From assembly GCA_002633005.1 (NCBI GenBank), contig NMRA01000244.1, positions 302,346 to 366,345 of the forward strand: DNA of 64,000 nucleotides, in the 5' to 3' direction. Position 1 is the first letter of the stretch. Each line of letters begins with the position of its first letter. Shown piece after piece: positions 41,901-56,900 of the stretch. The DNA is from Phoronis australis. Taxonomy: Eukaryota > Animalia > Phoronida. The notes under the pieces are model-generated. The model worked only from the letters and a program-made list of their open reading frames with translations. It was not told where the DNA came from and searched no databases. The translations under genes and the position numbers were made by a program.

Positions 41901-44900
41901 GGAACTTCACTGGGGCTGCATTCGCAGACATAGAAAAACTAGTCAAGAGTGATCACATGATTTACATGTAATGCATGGTGATATGTCGCAAGGAATTACA
42001 TGAACACAACTCTGTGCACTCCAGTGAACTCCAGACTATAAATGAACACCAGCCACGGCTGGGAAACAAAATGTGATGTCACGCAACCTCTCCAGACTCT
42101 CATCCACTCAGCTACAGAAGCCGTTGTTACGAAAAAGTCCAATGAGCCTGGTGACCTTGAATCTATTCCAAAATTTAGGCTAGGACATGATACAAGTCTG
42201 AATTTCAAATTCTACACTCCAGACTGGACACTGGTCATCCTTACCTTGATCCTAACGTTCCTAACCCCCGAGTGGACACTGGTACCATACTGCTTGCCAT
42301 CAATCAGGATCTTAAAGGATGAGATATTGACAGCAGGGTCTGTCTGTTGATTCTGCCAGCTGACATGAGCCAATAGGTGACCTGGGCAAAGGTCATGAAT
42401 ATCAAATGGGTCATATGGCAATAAGGACAGACATAGAATACAAAATTTTGGTGGATGGCGAGTTTTTCAGGGAAAAGTCGGGTAACCCTTTCCTTGACAG
42501 TCTCAAAACTACAGCTAAGTTTTATGTTTGCCACTGCAAATGTCAAGGAGTAGTTTTTGTAAATATCAATAATCAGAACAAACAAATCAGGCAAAATTAA
42601 TTGAAAAAGTTACTACTGCAGCAGCAATTCCACTTAATAGATTAACTGCTTTGAAATCAATCAAGCTTCGATGTTCTAGAGGCCAATCTAAACACGTCTG
42701 AATGTCTACTCAATGATGTAATATTTATTGTAGCATTTGATTCACTTTGGACAAAAATTATTTTACCAAATTTGCATTTTTTTCAAGGCTTCTAACAATG
42801 TTGTAAATGCGTACAATTTTGCAGTATTTTCTGTTGGTAGCTATGGTAGAGAACTCTGATATGACAAAGCATCGTTCTGGAACAGTATATCATTTGTGAA
42901 GAAATGAAAAAATAAAATTTCTGATCATCTATTTGAAATATTCTGTCCTGAATTGGTGAGATTTAATTATCAATAACTCTTAACCACCAAGTGTACACCT
43001 GTCCATACCTATAATGTACAATATACACCTGTCCAGTACCTACCTGTACAGTGTACACCTATCTAGTACTTACCTGTATAGTGACTTAGTGAAGCGAAGC
43101 AGTCATCCAACATTTCGTCCACCTTCACAAGACTCTCACTAGCGCGTATAGACAGCTCAGCAACTTCAGACCTATTTAAGATTTTGGGACTCACTCCCCA
43201 GGCCAGTCCACTGTGTTCCTGTATTGTCTTCAACAGGCGGTCTCTCTTATTGAGCAGCTCACATGTGACCTTCTCTAGCTGGCGTCGCTCCTCTAGTCCA
43301 ATCACAGTGACAGTAATGATTGGTGGCTCTGGCATGAGGGATGGCTCAACATACAGGGGCTCTGTTCTGGTCACTTCAGGGGTGCCATGAAGCTGAAATA
43401 GGGCACGTTAGCACTGTGAAAGATACAAGGTTCAACATACAGGGGCTCTGTTCTGGTCACTTCAGGGGTGCCATGAAGAACACAAGGCTCAACTATGGGG
43501 AAAGGGTCAGTTTAGTACACTCTAGGGGTGCCGTGAAAGTGAAATAGGGAATAATGGGACTGAACTGGGAGGGGGTCATTTCAGGGGAACCATTAATAAT
43601 GGTTACAAACCCATCATGTACTGGAGTTTACTTACATAACATTTCATACTAAGCTGGAAATTGTTTTTAAATCTTATAATTATGGTGTTTTACAAAATTG
43701 GGAATTTTCAAGAGTTTTAAGAAAAAAAGCAGTTCCATAAAGAACAAAATTTTGGTAATTCAGAAAATTATTAAATTCCTTGAATGCGAATAATATAGTT
43801 CATTTTGCAGAATTTTACAAATGAGGCAAGCTCATGCGATCCAATGGCAGATTGATACAAAGTGCAATGGAATTCTACGTGAATTTTACATTCAGAAAAA
43901 GTTTCAAGTCCAATTCTTAGACAATAGTTGTGTAAATATCTGGCTAAAATTGTATAGCCTACTAGCTTATAACATTATGTGAACCTTTATATACACCTCT
44001 GTCACACTGTTTCAACTTACATGGATTTCAAGGTAAACCATATAACTGCCAGACTTGAGGTTATGAAGTTCTGCTTCTTGGCTGTCTGGGTGTATGGGAC
44101 TTATACACTGAATGGTGCGGTCACCCATGGGGTCCTTGCAGTACAGCTGGAAATGAAAGGAAAAACATCGTGTCAAGTCGCAATCTACTAGTAGGATATT
44201 ACCCACAAATAACATACAGAAAAAAGACAGAATCACTAACCTTCTGAAACATAATTCACCACATAAGTGTAAACAAGACTACCAAAACATTGCAGTTGAA
44301 TCCAATGAAAGTGGTATTAGAAAAGTAACTAACATTGACTACTTGTATTCATCTATTTATGAACAGAGGAGACCTGACGAGTACACATCCCAGAAGAATT
44401 GTGGGACATCCTTACCTCTTCACCACCTGGTGACAGGAAATGGAGGTGTTCCATCTGCTGCCAACCACCGGATTCCCACAATTCCCTGTACATGTAATGT
44501 CGCCTTTATTCACAAAAAGATCAATGACACAGTGGTACTGTAAAGTCTTACCAAATTTAGACAAAAGCCAAAACTCCATTCCTTTCATTTTTCTCATATT
44601 GCTATGAATGTGAGCATTTTTCAAAATGTTGTCTGCAAACAGAGCTTGAACATGGTCATGAAGTGTGAATTTTGTGTTACATAACTTTAATGAAAATATG
44701 AGAAATAAAACTTCACTTGCTCGCAATGTTGGTCCCAAATGGTTGAGATTTCATGGTAACACAAAAATTCACAATCACGAGAACCTAACTAAGAGACTCC
44801 ACTTGAAGCATATTCAAGTGTACGGTACAGCACCACTCTACTAAAGCCTTGTTCATTCCCTACACCCACTACCTTGTACTGTTTGACCTTGACCCCTTCT

Positions 44901-47900
44901 GTACAGTACGGTAAGTCCCACGTGACCTTGATGGAGCTGGCACTGATGGTGGGAACTCGCTGTATAGAGGGCGCTCTGATGCCAGGCCACGTAACCAATA
45001 GGGGCTCAGATGGCTTACCATAGAGTCGCTCAATTGTAGTAAGAGCCTGTAACAAAAATATGAAACATATTAAGGAAAGAATCAACTAAGACCAAGAAGC
45101 ATCAATTGGTTCTGGTGAGCATTTTGACTCATTTTGAAACTGTATCTCACTAATTGAAGAACACAAATGCACTTCCACATCAATTACAGTCATGGTCTCG
45201 AGCTTTGTTTCAAAAGTCACACAAACGCACGCAAGCAAGCTTTTAAATAGCATGACTGCTTCACCAATTTGGCCAAAAAACCTCATGATTGACTGCCAAT
45301 GAGTCACAGCACTGCTCTCATTCAAGTTTTTAACAAAACCAGATTTTTGCAACAAAAATGAGACAGTGCACCCCATTAGAATAAAAAACAGAACAACGAC
45401 CATTTAATAACCAATTTTGTCATTTCTGAGGAATGAAGGTTCAGAGAAGGGAAACCAAACAAATTTTAAAGATGGCCTCATAAAAACAGAATTAGTTTTG
45501 AAAATGAACTTTTACCAAAAACAAGGCTGCCATACTGTGTTCCCCATTTGTCTAACACTGCCATACTATGCTGCCATTAGTCTAACACTGCCATACTGTG
45601 CTGCCATCTGTCTAACACTGCCATACTGTGCTGCCATCTGTCTAACACTGCCATACTGTGCTGCCATCTGTCTAACACTTACCTGGACCTGAAAGCTATA
45701 CTCCTGACAACTCTTGCCAGTAGTGAATGAATATGTGAACTGATCAGCGCTCACTGTCGTCTCCACTATACCATTGATATACACCTTGTAACCAGTAATC
45801 AGAGCCTCGCCATAGCATTTGGGCTTCTCCCATTGGATGGCTATGTACTTGAAGTTGACAGCTCTGTAATAGAACAGCAAGCGATACAAACACGCTTTTG
45901 TATGTAACCTGATGATAAAATGCTGTATTAGCTTAATACATCATTAAGTTTGAGGAAATCATAAGTGAAATCTATAAACCAGTCACTTTCAATACTCAGT
46001 CACTGACTTGCCATAATTACATAAATTATGAAAGGTGATGTAAACCAGCCTTGTGTACAATTAAAGGTGATGTAAACCAGCCTTAAGTGATAAACAAACT
46101 TTTGACTTAGGCCACAGCATGCATTACAAAGCTATAGATAGTCCAAACTAGTTCTTTAATCAGATGTGAGGTGCAGAGGTCTGGAGGAACTGATTAATTG
46201 TTATTGGTCAAGACCACGCTAGACATTAAATGAAATGAACCACCATGACAAACCGGTTTCTTGAGCTTTATCTCAAGCCCTAACTTCTCTTCCAGATTTG
46301 TAGCAACTTAAAACAAATAAAAAAAGACAAAGAAAGGAACTTGCAGTTGATTTACACAGAAGCAGTATGGAATCACATTGGTCAGAAGACCTCAACAACA
46401 GGACACAGTAGCTTGATGTCTAGTTGGTAATTTGCTCTTGGAATATTTTTTATTCCTACTATTTTTCAATTGATATTTCAGTTATTGAATCGTGTTTCTA
46501 TTAAAAACGATCTACTCACCTAACACCAACGATCGGTGTGTCAGGTGGCGCTGCTGTCTGCACAGTGCACTGACATGATCTTTCCAGAATGTGACCACTT
46601 GACTCCATGGAGACGACCTTGACAAAATGATTAGTTCCTGGATACAGTTTCTGAAGAACACAGCCAGTTTCATCCCTTGACAGCCTAAGCTCTTTTTGCT
46701 GCGACAAATAACATACAAGTTATTAAATAAGTCAAACGTACATGTTATTAAATCATTTATGCCACATGGATACTGTAATTTTGTCAGTAAGCCTATTTGT
46801 CTTATCTTAACATAAAACGATTGCTAAAACAAGTCAACAAATGTTGAGTCTAACTAAACTTAAGTTGATCATAATCTATAAGTGTCACAGATGATATACA
46901 GAACATGTGGTGGGAAATAACTGTGAACACGTTATGCAGACATGTCAACCTTGCAAATACAAGTTCTAAATAAATCATCCACAAACCGACTCAGATAACA
47001 CTATTCCACCGCGAATCTATATGGAGACAAACAATATCACAGTAACCCTCCAATCTGGGGAAGTAAAATTTAAATAAATTAATTTGCACCATAACTTGTG
47101 TACCAAATTTTAAAAATGCAATCCATGACAAACTATCATTCACCTCCATTATACACACTATGCAGATGCAAGGAGAGGTTGCATTCATTGGTAAACATTT
47201 CTGACAATGTTACAAACTGCCGACTGAAATCTTATTTTCAGACTCTGTTGATACAAAACTGGAGTATCTGACATTTGATAAATACGACGAATGCCAAAAT
47301 TGGCCGTATCACAATCTTGAGAATCAAGAAAATTCAAATTCTGCCATATCGCTAATTTTAGAGACTTCCAAACTAGAGAATTTTTACCGTACATATTGAA
47401 TAAATTACCAATGAATTCACCCGGTGTTCATTTAGACAACACCATACATCATCTCAGCGATAATCCTACAAAGAATATTTCTGAAAGTCAAACTGTCAAC
47501 ATTCACCAGTTCAATAACTGACTTACAGCTGGTTGAGCCACACTGCTCCATTGCACTTTATAATATGCTACAGCTTCAGGCAGGAAGTAGGTGGACCAGT
47601 CTAACTGTATTGACGTATCACTAGCCTTGACCACTCGTAACGGGATTTCCTTGTCTCCATCTAAGTCAACAAAGTCCTCAAAATTCATGTTGAGACTGGT
47701 CTCAGCCAGGAGGGCCTCTTTACGCGGAGGGGTGCTGATCAGCAGGGCAGCAGACTGGGCGGAGTCAGCAAAGTGGGGACTGGCACTCAGAGCCACAAGG
47801 GTCATCTTGTAGTGTCTGTGGAGACATGTGAGTCAAGGCTGAGTGGTTAAACACAGTCAGGTAAAACATTGCGATAGTACAATCAGGTATCATAGAATGA

Positions 47901-50900
47901 CTGTCCTGCAATCCACACAACACAACATTTGATAACAGTTTGCAGTCAACTGAGGGCAAAAAATGAAGCAAATTAATGCAAAAAATTCCAAATAAATGCT
48001 TTTATTTTATATTGTTATCACAAACAACGTCATAATTTCCTGGTGAAGCATACCATGTCAACTGCTACAAATCAAACTTAGTTTGTATCTAACTAATACT
48101 CTAGAACTATGCTGTGCCCAAATGCAGCTGTAACACAAAAGTGATTGGGTGAAGGTAATCACAATGAACTCAAAATGGACACTTACATTGTCTTTAATTC
48201 ATCACCACCCTGACTACTCACCTGTTGGGCCGAGCAGGAACTACTGCCTTGCGATGATTACAGCTTAGCATGTTGCCAACCTTGCGGTCATTCATATACA
48301 TCTGATAACCTTTGACCTTCACACCTCCATACAACCTGGGCTCACCCCATTCCACAACAAACTCGTCACAGGTAACTGATCGTGTGAACAGGTGAGGGGA
48401 GTCAGGGGATCCAGGGACCATCACCTGGACACACTGGGTGTGTACGGCTAGACTGTCACCATTAGTAAACTGAGGCTCAACAGTCACTTCATAAATACAC
48501 CTGTAAAGGTAAAATGTCATCACATACCCATGGTGAACTCTTTGTTATTATTAATAAGTTCATTAATCTGTGTGGAAATGAAATGGTATACTAACACAAA
48601 GAAATAAAAAACGTACATCAAGTTGTTGCCCTGAGGAATTTTTTGCAATTATCATCAATCCATGTTAACTAGATTCCAAAAGGCAAAATACATATTCGAA
48701 AGAAAGTGAAACTGAAAAATGTTACAAGATGGCAAAAATATAATTGTGCAACACGCGTGTTCAAGAGCATGTTATAGTTTTCCCTCCAATGTTTGGCTGC
48801 TGTATTTTTACTTTGTTCAGTTCTACAAAAACTTTGCCACGATAGACCTGTCTGATTTTGATAAAACTGCTCGAGGCTGTGTGATAATTTCAATACTTGA
48901 AGTCTTGTGTTACACCACGAACCTATTTTTCGTCACAGGTATGGTGCACCTCCTGGTGTCAACCTCCAAACACTTCCGGTGTACTATGCCATCTTCCAAA
49001 CATACCCAGATGGCACTGAACTGCTTCACGTTACTAGCATTCTCCTGCACGGTCCACTCAACATCGATGTCACCAAAGTCACATGCACCACGAACATCAT
49101 GATTATACTTGGCACTTACACACTCCAGGTTTCCTGAAAAAGAGTGAAAAAAAGTTTGGTGTTTGAGAGAAACTGAGGTTACAAAATCATTGATAAAACG
49201 AATGTGTTCCGTAGACAATATTTTTTTTGCAAGAAAAGCGAGATCATGCGAGAGTATGCATAATCATAAACAAAATGATAGGTGAGTGTTTCGCAAGTAT
49301 GATCAACACCTTGTCTAATCTAACAAAATGGCGTCCACTGAAGAAGTTGGTCGGTGAGGTTGGAAGGTTGCATTATGGGATAAAATTCACAAATTGATGG
49401 ATAGAATTAAGTTTGGGTTTCAATTAACAAAAGTTTCTCTTGTCAAGTGCAATGATAACATCTTGAGTCGAAGGATCAAAGCCTAGGTTGAAAACGTACC
49501 CTTAACACAAATTTATACCAATTGTACAATTGAAGATTCCACAAGGGCGAGTTGTAAGACAGAGGACAGGTGCAGACCTCTCCAAAATTACTTTCAATAA
49601 CCTAGCACAAGTAAAGGATAAGTTGAGTTTAGCCGAAATAGAGAATCACTCATGCACTGGTCATGTACAGAAAAGTGTGAAACTCAACAAAAATATTTCA
49701 GAAAAAATAATGAACAAAATTTGAACTGACAATGTCTTAAGCTCTTTCACTAAAAACTTTAAACCGATTGGAGAGTCAAATATCAGGCAAATTTCACAAG
49801 ACATAAATGAATGCTTGCAACAAATTGGATCATTTTTGAGGATCACGTTTTTGGCCATCACTCACTGTGCTATTAACAACTATATTATAGACCAGGATAA
49901 TGCTAAAATTCTTGCCCAGGACACCAGAAAGAAAATGCCTACTTATTAGGAAAACCAGCAACAGTCATGAACCATGCAAAGGTCAGTAGCCTCTTTCGGA
50001 CATTAATGACAACTTATTATGTGGCCTAAGGCTGTAACTTCATCATGTTGCTGCAAGTCCATCTGACCATCATTCTGAAGGTGACCACAGCCAATGTGGG
50101 TCGGAAACATACTCGAATGTGTCTCACGAAATGTGTCTGTTAATAATTTCTCGTTACCATGTTGTATCCTAGGTAACATGAGTTCAAGAGGTGAAGATGG
50201 TGACTCATCATTGTCGTCATCCTCCATTGGTGTCGTCTGACTCTCACCAGACTTATGGCTGCTGTTAGAGCTAGTTGAACTGACAGTTCCTCTCATCTGA
50301 AGAAGAATGCAATCAGTAGACAACTATTACAACAGTCTCACATAATCTATTAATTCTATACACATTGAATCAAATATGCCCATTTTAGAACAAGATGCAC
50401 TTAAGTTAGTGGTTATCCGCATCACTCAAGCAAGTACCAAATTCAATGGGGAGAGAGTTAATCGTCACATACAACAAAGACTCAACCAAGGGTCACGGGA
50501 ACTGTACATCACCATAATTACAACTTGGAGTCCGACCTGTGACCTACATCAGACCCTTTTAACAACAAATCAATAGAATTGAAGTGCCATAGTCAGGATA
50601 CATTTAACTTAAAAGAAAAAAAACATCAAACTAAACAACCCTTTCACAGGCCAAGATATCAGCAAAAATTGAAAGCATCAAAAAAGACTCCATCCGATTT
50701 GTAGTGAATGTTTCAACTTTTGTACTTCTGGGCAATATGAATTTGGAAATTACACGAAACATGTAATCAAAAGCTTTCTGCAAGTCAAAGAAAAGCCCCG
50801 CAAGCCACTCCCATCCAGCCTTACCTTGCGTTTCCTCTCTCTCTTCACTGCTTCAGTACAAGTCAATGCCACCAGCACCACACTATATGTCCGGCCTGGC

Positions 50901-53900
50901 CTACACTTGGTCAGCGTACAGCTCTGTGCACCAGCACCTACCATCATGTGAGGCTTGCCATTGATCTCCAGCCTGTAACCCTCTAGACATCTCTTGATGT
51001 AGCGTGGCTGGTCATCTTCATCAAGACCCACTACTGAGTACAACAGAGGTTTCTCCCAGAACAGGTTCACACTTGTACTAGTGAAGCCTGCTATGTAGAC
51101 ACGTGGCGCCTCCACTGGTGCTCTAGTTCTTGCCAGTATCGGCTGGGACATAATGTGTGCTGTCCTACGATTCTTCTCGTCCTCCTCTTTGCTAGACACA
51201 TTAATCACCGTTCGAATACTGACTATCGCCTCTAACACGAGCTTATACTGCGCACCAGGTGTCAGGCCAGTCAATTCTGTCCGGCACTCATTGGCTAATA
51301 GCTCCTTGTGTGATGCAACCTCCACAAACTCCCCCTGTTGGCTATCACTATGACTAATTTCAGTCCAGCGGATAACTCCACCCTGTAACCTGTTTGAGCC
51401 ATACACAACGGCTGGCTTCCAGGACACAACCAATGACGTTGACCTAGCTTCAACTATCTGCAGTTCACTAGGGGGCACTGTTCCTGATGTCATAGCAATC
51501 ATACTACAATATGGAAGCCAATCACAGTCTCTTGGGATTAATCTCCCATTTCTTGGCAAGACACGGTTTTTAAACAATCTAGAATTCTCTTCAGATACAT
51601 TGTCGAAGAATTCTTCTGTTATGGCAGTTACAATAATCTCATATTCAGTGGCTTCTTTCAGGTTTTCCAATATGGCTGACGTTTTATCCGGAAGCACCTC
51701 AACATAACTGTTCTCAACCTTCTCCGAGTCAATCTTAGATACGGCATCAACTCGAACAGCTAGAAAACAGTTAAATGATCCATGTAATCGTTCTATCTCC
51801 TTTATGTTGCCTGGAAGGATAATCTCAAGCCTATGCAGAAAGTTGTTCAATTTTGGTTTTCTCTTATGAAAAAAACAGCCACAAGATAAATTGCACTCGT
51901 AATAAATGTTTCTCACTCATTATAGTTGACCTGGCTGTTCTATCGAACTGAGAACATGTCATCAAGTGCTGCCACAGTGAAAAGTACACTAAATGTGTGC
52001 CCACCACAGATCAACTAAAATCAATAATGGCTGCCACATGTGACGCTATAAGAAACATGAAGAATAACAAAACACGTTACCACAGACCCTGTCCAGCTGG
52101 TAAACTACTGGATATACCTACCGACCACCTCAACACCGTGTTCCCTGGGCGGGTCCCAGGCAACCATTAGACCATGGCATGTTGTTGCTATGACGCCCAG
52201 ATTGCACGGTGCATCCGGGGGTTGGGCCGTCTTCAAAGTGAGCAGGTCTGACTTGGCCGTCAGAATGAATGTCTGAGAGTCCTCTTCGACAAAATTCTCG
52301 TCTGCAATGGAAGGTTGGTATAATTTTACACAATCAGGGACAGACGAAAGAAGGAAACGTCAATCATTTGTAACGTTGCAGTTTTGTCAGGGCCAATTTT
52401 TATAACATAAAGAACAATGAATCTGTCAAGGGCTATTAATATCCCCACTTACCAGGTTTATGAAATTTTGAAAGTAAACAAAATTTACAATTTTGGAAAT
52501 TCATCACCTATTTATCACAAAATATGATGGATAAAAGAAATCTATTTTTTCTAATTTCTCCATAAACATAAAATTACGAAAAGTTTAGCCTATTTTATGC
52601 CTAGTTCGTACTGCGTAGATATCATAAACAACATTTGGCAAAGTTCCAATTACTTGCAATAATGTAACCAGCCTTTGAAAAAAATATTTATTTATTGTAA
52701 TATTTAAAATGGGGTGTGGCCTCTTCAGTGACAGCACAGCTTTCCAAGAGGGCCCTCAACAACAAAATTTAAACAATTAAAATAATACAATAAAGTAGTA
52801 AAACAACAATTAAATACATCTAACAAAGAAACAATTAAAACAGGCTGAGAATTTAGATAATATGTGAACGACAAAGTCTGATGAAAATTTGACGAAGAGA
52901 TGAAATAAATAGAGATGATACTAAATAATGAGAATTTAAATGAAAAATGTGAAAAACGAGACATTTTAGAAAATGTTAAACGATTTCTCAGCAAACAACA
53001 AAAATCCAAATCTTACTTTAAAACCAAGGGTTGTGTGTAGTAACCCATGTACAATTATAGTAAACATGTTAACAAACCTTCCTGTATAGTTGAGTATTTC
53101 TGCAGTTTACGAGCCTCTACAACTACGGTGTACACAGTGCTGGTGGTCAGACCACTGATGAGCAAATGGTCATCTGAAACGGATCAAACACTCCTGTATA
53201 CTTCAGGTGTAACAAACCCAGGTTAAGTGAGAGAAACTATAGATTAAGGTCAAGTTTGAGACAAACTAATTTTCAGCCTAAGGAGTTATTGAAAATGATG
53301 ATACTGTAATGATACTGTAATGATACTGTAATGATACTGTAATGATACTGTAATGATACTTTAATGATACTGTAATGATAGTGTAATGATACTGTAATGA
53401 TAGTGTAATGATAGTGTAACGATAGTGTAATGATAGTGTAATGGGCCCAGCCATGACACCTAAACACGCCTGACGTACCGCAAAAGGCATCAGGCCACGT
53501 GCACTCTTTTTTATTGAAAGACAATATGACAATACCTCCACCGAAGCTATATTCTGTTGGAAGAAATTTACCACACAAGGTGGCACTACTGTAGGTGGTG
53601 TCCATAGGTATAGTCACATTATATAGAGTTAGACGAAATGTTAGTACAGGGTGTCATGCCAATGATGTATGGTGCACCAGCAGATGCCTGCAACCTGGGC
53701 CAGGGTAACACAGTGTTTAATAACATAACATTACAACTTATTTGTCTATTTAATTAACATAACATTACAACTTAGACTTTATTTAATTAACATAGTGTTA
53801 CATCTTCAGTATGGCTCTACAAGAATTTTTATTGACTTCATTTACTTAACCTGGTTCCTACACTGATGGGGTACGTACAATGCAAATAAGCCCAGGAGTT

Positions 53901-56900
53901 ACCTGTGACAGTTTGACTGATGATGTCATCCACAGGTTGTTGCCCTGGCCACCATGTTACCTGGTAACTGTCAGGGATGATGTAGTGAGATCGAGGCTTC
54001 TCACCTGTAGCAAGCACATGGAACACACAGCGGTGACAGGCATTATACACTAGTCTAATGAAATGACATCAGTAGCACAGCTCAGGTATCCATGACAACT
54101 ATACTCACATGAATATGTAAATCTTGAACTGGTGAGGAAATACTTGCACATACTTTTAAGTGTGACCTGCACACCACCTGTTTCTTTTTGAGCAGGGCAA
54201 TTCCCCTTATTTAACTAATTAATTATTGACTATATTGCGAAAAGAAATAGATTAATTTACTGTAGCAGTATACTGTTCTGAGAAATACATTTATTCAAAA
54301 AATTTAGAATTGGACATGGTCGACAGTGAGGGCTTTAATAACAATGTAAAGCTAATATGATGAATACTTTCAGTCATCCAGTTGAGTAGATAATAAGAAA
54401 AAAAAATTTATTCAATTACTGGACTTACAGATTGAGTTAGCTATGCTGCGTCCTCATCTCGAAGACTTGGGCAGGCCACTGAGGTGTCATGTGACTCACC
54501 ATGTGGTCGACAGCAAAGTTTCGCGGCATACTCTTTAGCGCCTTTAGAACTTGGGATAGAGCGCTAAAGAGTATCCTGTGCAAACTGTACTGTCAATCAC
54601 ATGATGAGTCATGAAACACCTCAGTGGCCTGCCCAAGTTCTCGAGATAAGGACACAACGTATGTATAACTCAATCCGTAATTCCAGTAATTCTGTAAGTC
54701 CAGTAATTGTTTAATCGTTTCATACAACATAAAGCTATTAGCACTGCTTGCATCAGTCTCCCTCTTCCTATCCCTCCCCCTCCCCCCCTCCCTCCGTCTC
54801 CCTCTCCCTCCCCCTCTCCCCCCTCCCCCTCTCCCTCCCCCTCCCCGTCTCCCTCTCATCCTTCTTCTATTACATTGTTTTGTTTATCAAAACTCAATGT
54901 ACAAATCATAACTCCAAAACTCTAATCAATGCATCTCACTAATTCACTACAACCTGTAGCCCACTAACAGTCCAGTCATACTTCTGACATTAAATAAATA
55001 CCCACACAGCATGAGTACATATTAGAATATTCAACTAAGCAATGGTCTGGTCACTAGCATTACATCACATCAACAGTGCATCATGACAACCACTCACTCT
55101 ATGCTTGATCCACAGTTGAATTTGACATTACTTTAGCTCACATAGTGCAAATATTTAAAGTCACTAAAACTCAAACAAGAAAAGTCTTCAACATCTGGAT
55201 CAGAATTAAAACTCGCTGCCATAAAATGTCAGCTTACTGTCACTAGACTGGTGTCTTCTCCATGTCACTTAACAAACTACATCAGTGGAAAAAACTCACA
55301 GACACCATTAAACATGGTCATTCAATAGCCATTCACAAGACTGACAATAGAGACAGTACTCTGGTCAGGACCAATTCACAATACCGACAATATAGACTCA
55401 TGGCTTTTAAGGATTAGCCCATTGTGATATATGTAGTCAAAGGCTGGCTGCATGTCAACAAAACTGAATGTATGTAAACATATTCATGTGGATGTTAGGA
55501 AGAGTTCATCCTGATTTGAAGGTATACACATGTAATGAGGCTGTTATGTTTGTGTTTTCTTGTGTTAAATGTTTGACTATTCCTTGTGGGTAAACAGCAA
55601 TAAGAGTATTCTTTAAACCTTGTGACATACTACTTATTGATAGACAGCTATAACAAGCACTAAAGTATTATGTTTGCACAAATTGATTGAATACTAGGTG
55701 CTAATATTTAAGTATAGGTTAGCACACTGATTGAGTATTATAACCAACACTTAAGTGTATATTAGAACACGACTGATTACTATAACTAAAGCTTAAATAT
55801 GTGTTTGCACCCTGGATAACATTTATTTTAGAGATTAAACATTCCATTTTAGGAACCTAAGGTTTAGGAAAACAAATGAAAGCAGCTATCACCCCCTACC
55901 CCATCACAAAACCCAAACACTGAAGATTCAGAGCTTGCCCTTACAACACTTGTTTCAATTTGTTCCTTAGTCAAATTGGAGGTGTTTTCAGACAATCAAA
56001 AATAAAACTTGCAGTTCATTAGTGCTTGAGACAAGGCTTTATGAGTTGTATTGTCATAGTGTGTAACGTTAGGTATTAACCATGACAAAATGTCAGTTCT
56101 TTGCAAACTTAGAAATTACTTCTCGTCTGACTAAGGAACAAGCCGAGATCAGTTTGATAGCATTAGGTGGCACAAATTAAAGATCGACTTCTTGGATGGA
56201 ATGCAGATTTATTAAAATATGAAAGAGTACTGAACGTTCAAACCACTGCAGCTATTTTAATACATTTTTTTTACAGATATTCCTCTTTTGTACAGTTTTA
56301 CTTCGATTTAGTCACGTCTTTCACATCATAAGAAGGAGGCTTTCTTCAAAACAATTTATTTGAATCAATAGATGAAAAACTTTTATCCATTAGATACATT
56401 TATCAGGCCGTGGATCATAGACGGTAGATTTGCAACTCTGATATTCTTTATCATATTCCCGCTGGAGGTGGTAATCTTAGCTTCCAGTTATTTAGTGTAT
56501 TTGGACGGGAAATTTTGGTTTCTTTTGTAAAGCCTAGCAGTACAGAAAAAAACATTTCGGCACACAAAAATCTTCAGTCGTATTCCTTTAGTACTTGATG
56601 GTGCCAAGAGTATTTTTTGCAACATGTTAAGAAATGCAATTACAAATTTCAAGTTCTGACGACGCAACAAACAATCATCAGCAGAATGTAAAACAGGTCA
56701 ACTTGGCGGGCATCATGAGGGAATAAGGAAGATACAACATATGCGCAAGATCACAGGTGACGTGCACTGAGATAGGGGTCCACGTATTAAGACCGAGTCT
56801 ATAGTCAGACACATGGTAAACAGTACAATGAAGGGGTATGTGTGTAATAATGAAGGAACTCTTTGTTACATAACAAATGACAGAAAAAAGGTACCTACCC

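Noticed and set aside
50750-51916. 388-aa ORF as a stand-alone gene
   Set aside because: Has clear acceptor (51760) and donor (50824) and joins neighbouring exons in frame; it is the largest exon of the FN3 gene.
53273-53617. His/Tyr/Ile-rich repeat ORFs
   Set aside because: Derived from the 11-bp tandem repeat.
54429-54575. Possible extra FN3-gene exon (AG...GTAAGT on minus)
   Set aside because: In the required phase it hits TAA after ~10 codons and it lies in a foldback MITE; flanking exons already join in frame.
54593-54942. RGG-rich and Pro/Ser-rich ORFs
   Set aside because: Translations of a simple C/T repeat.
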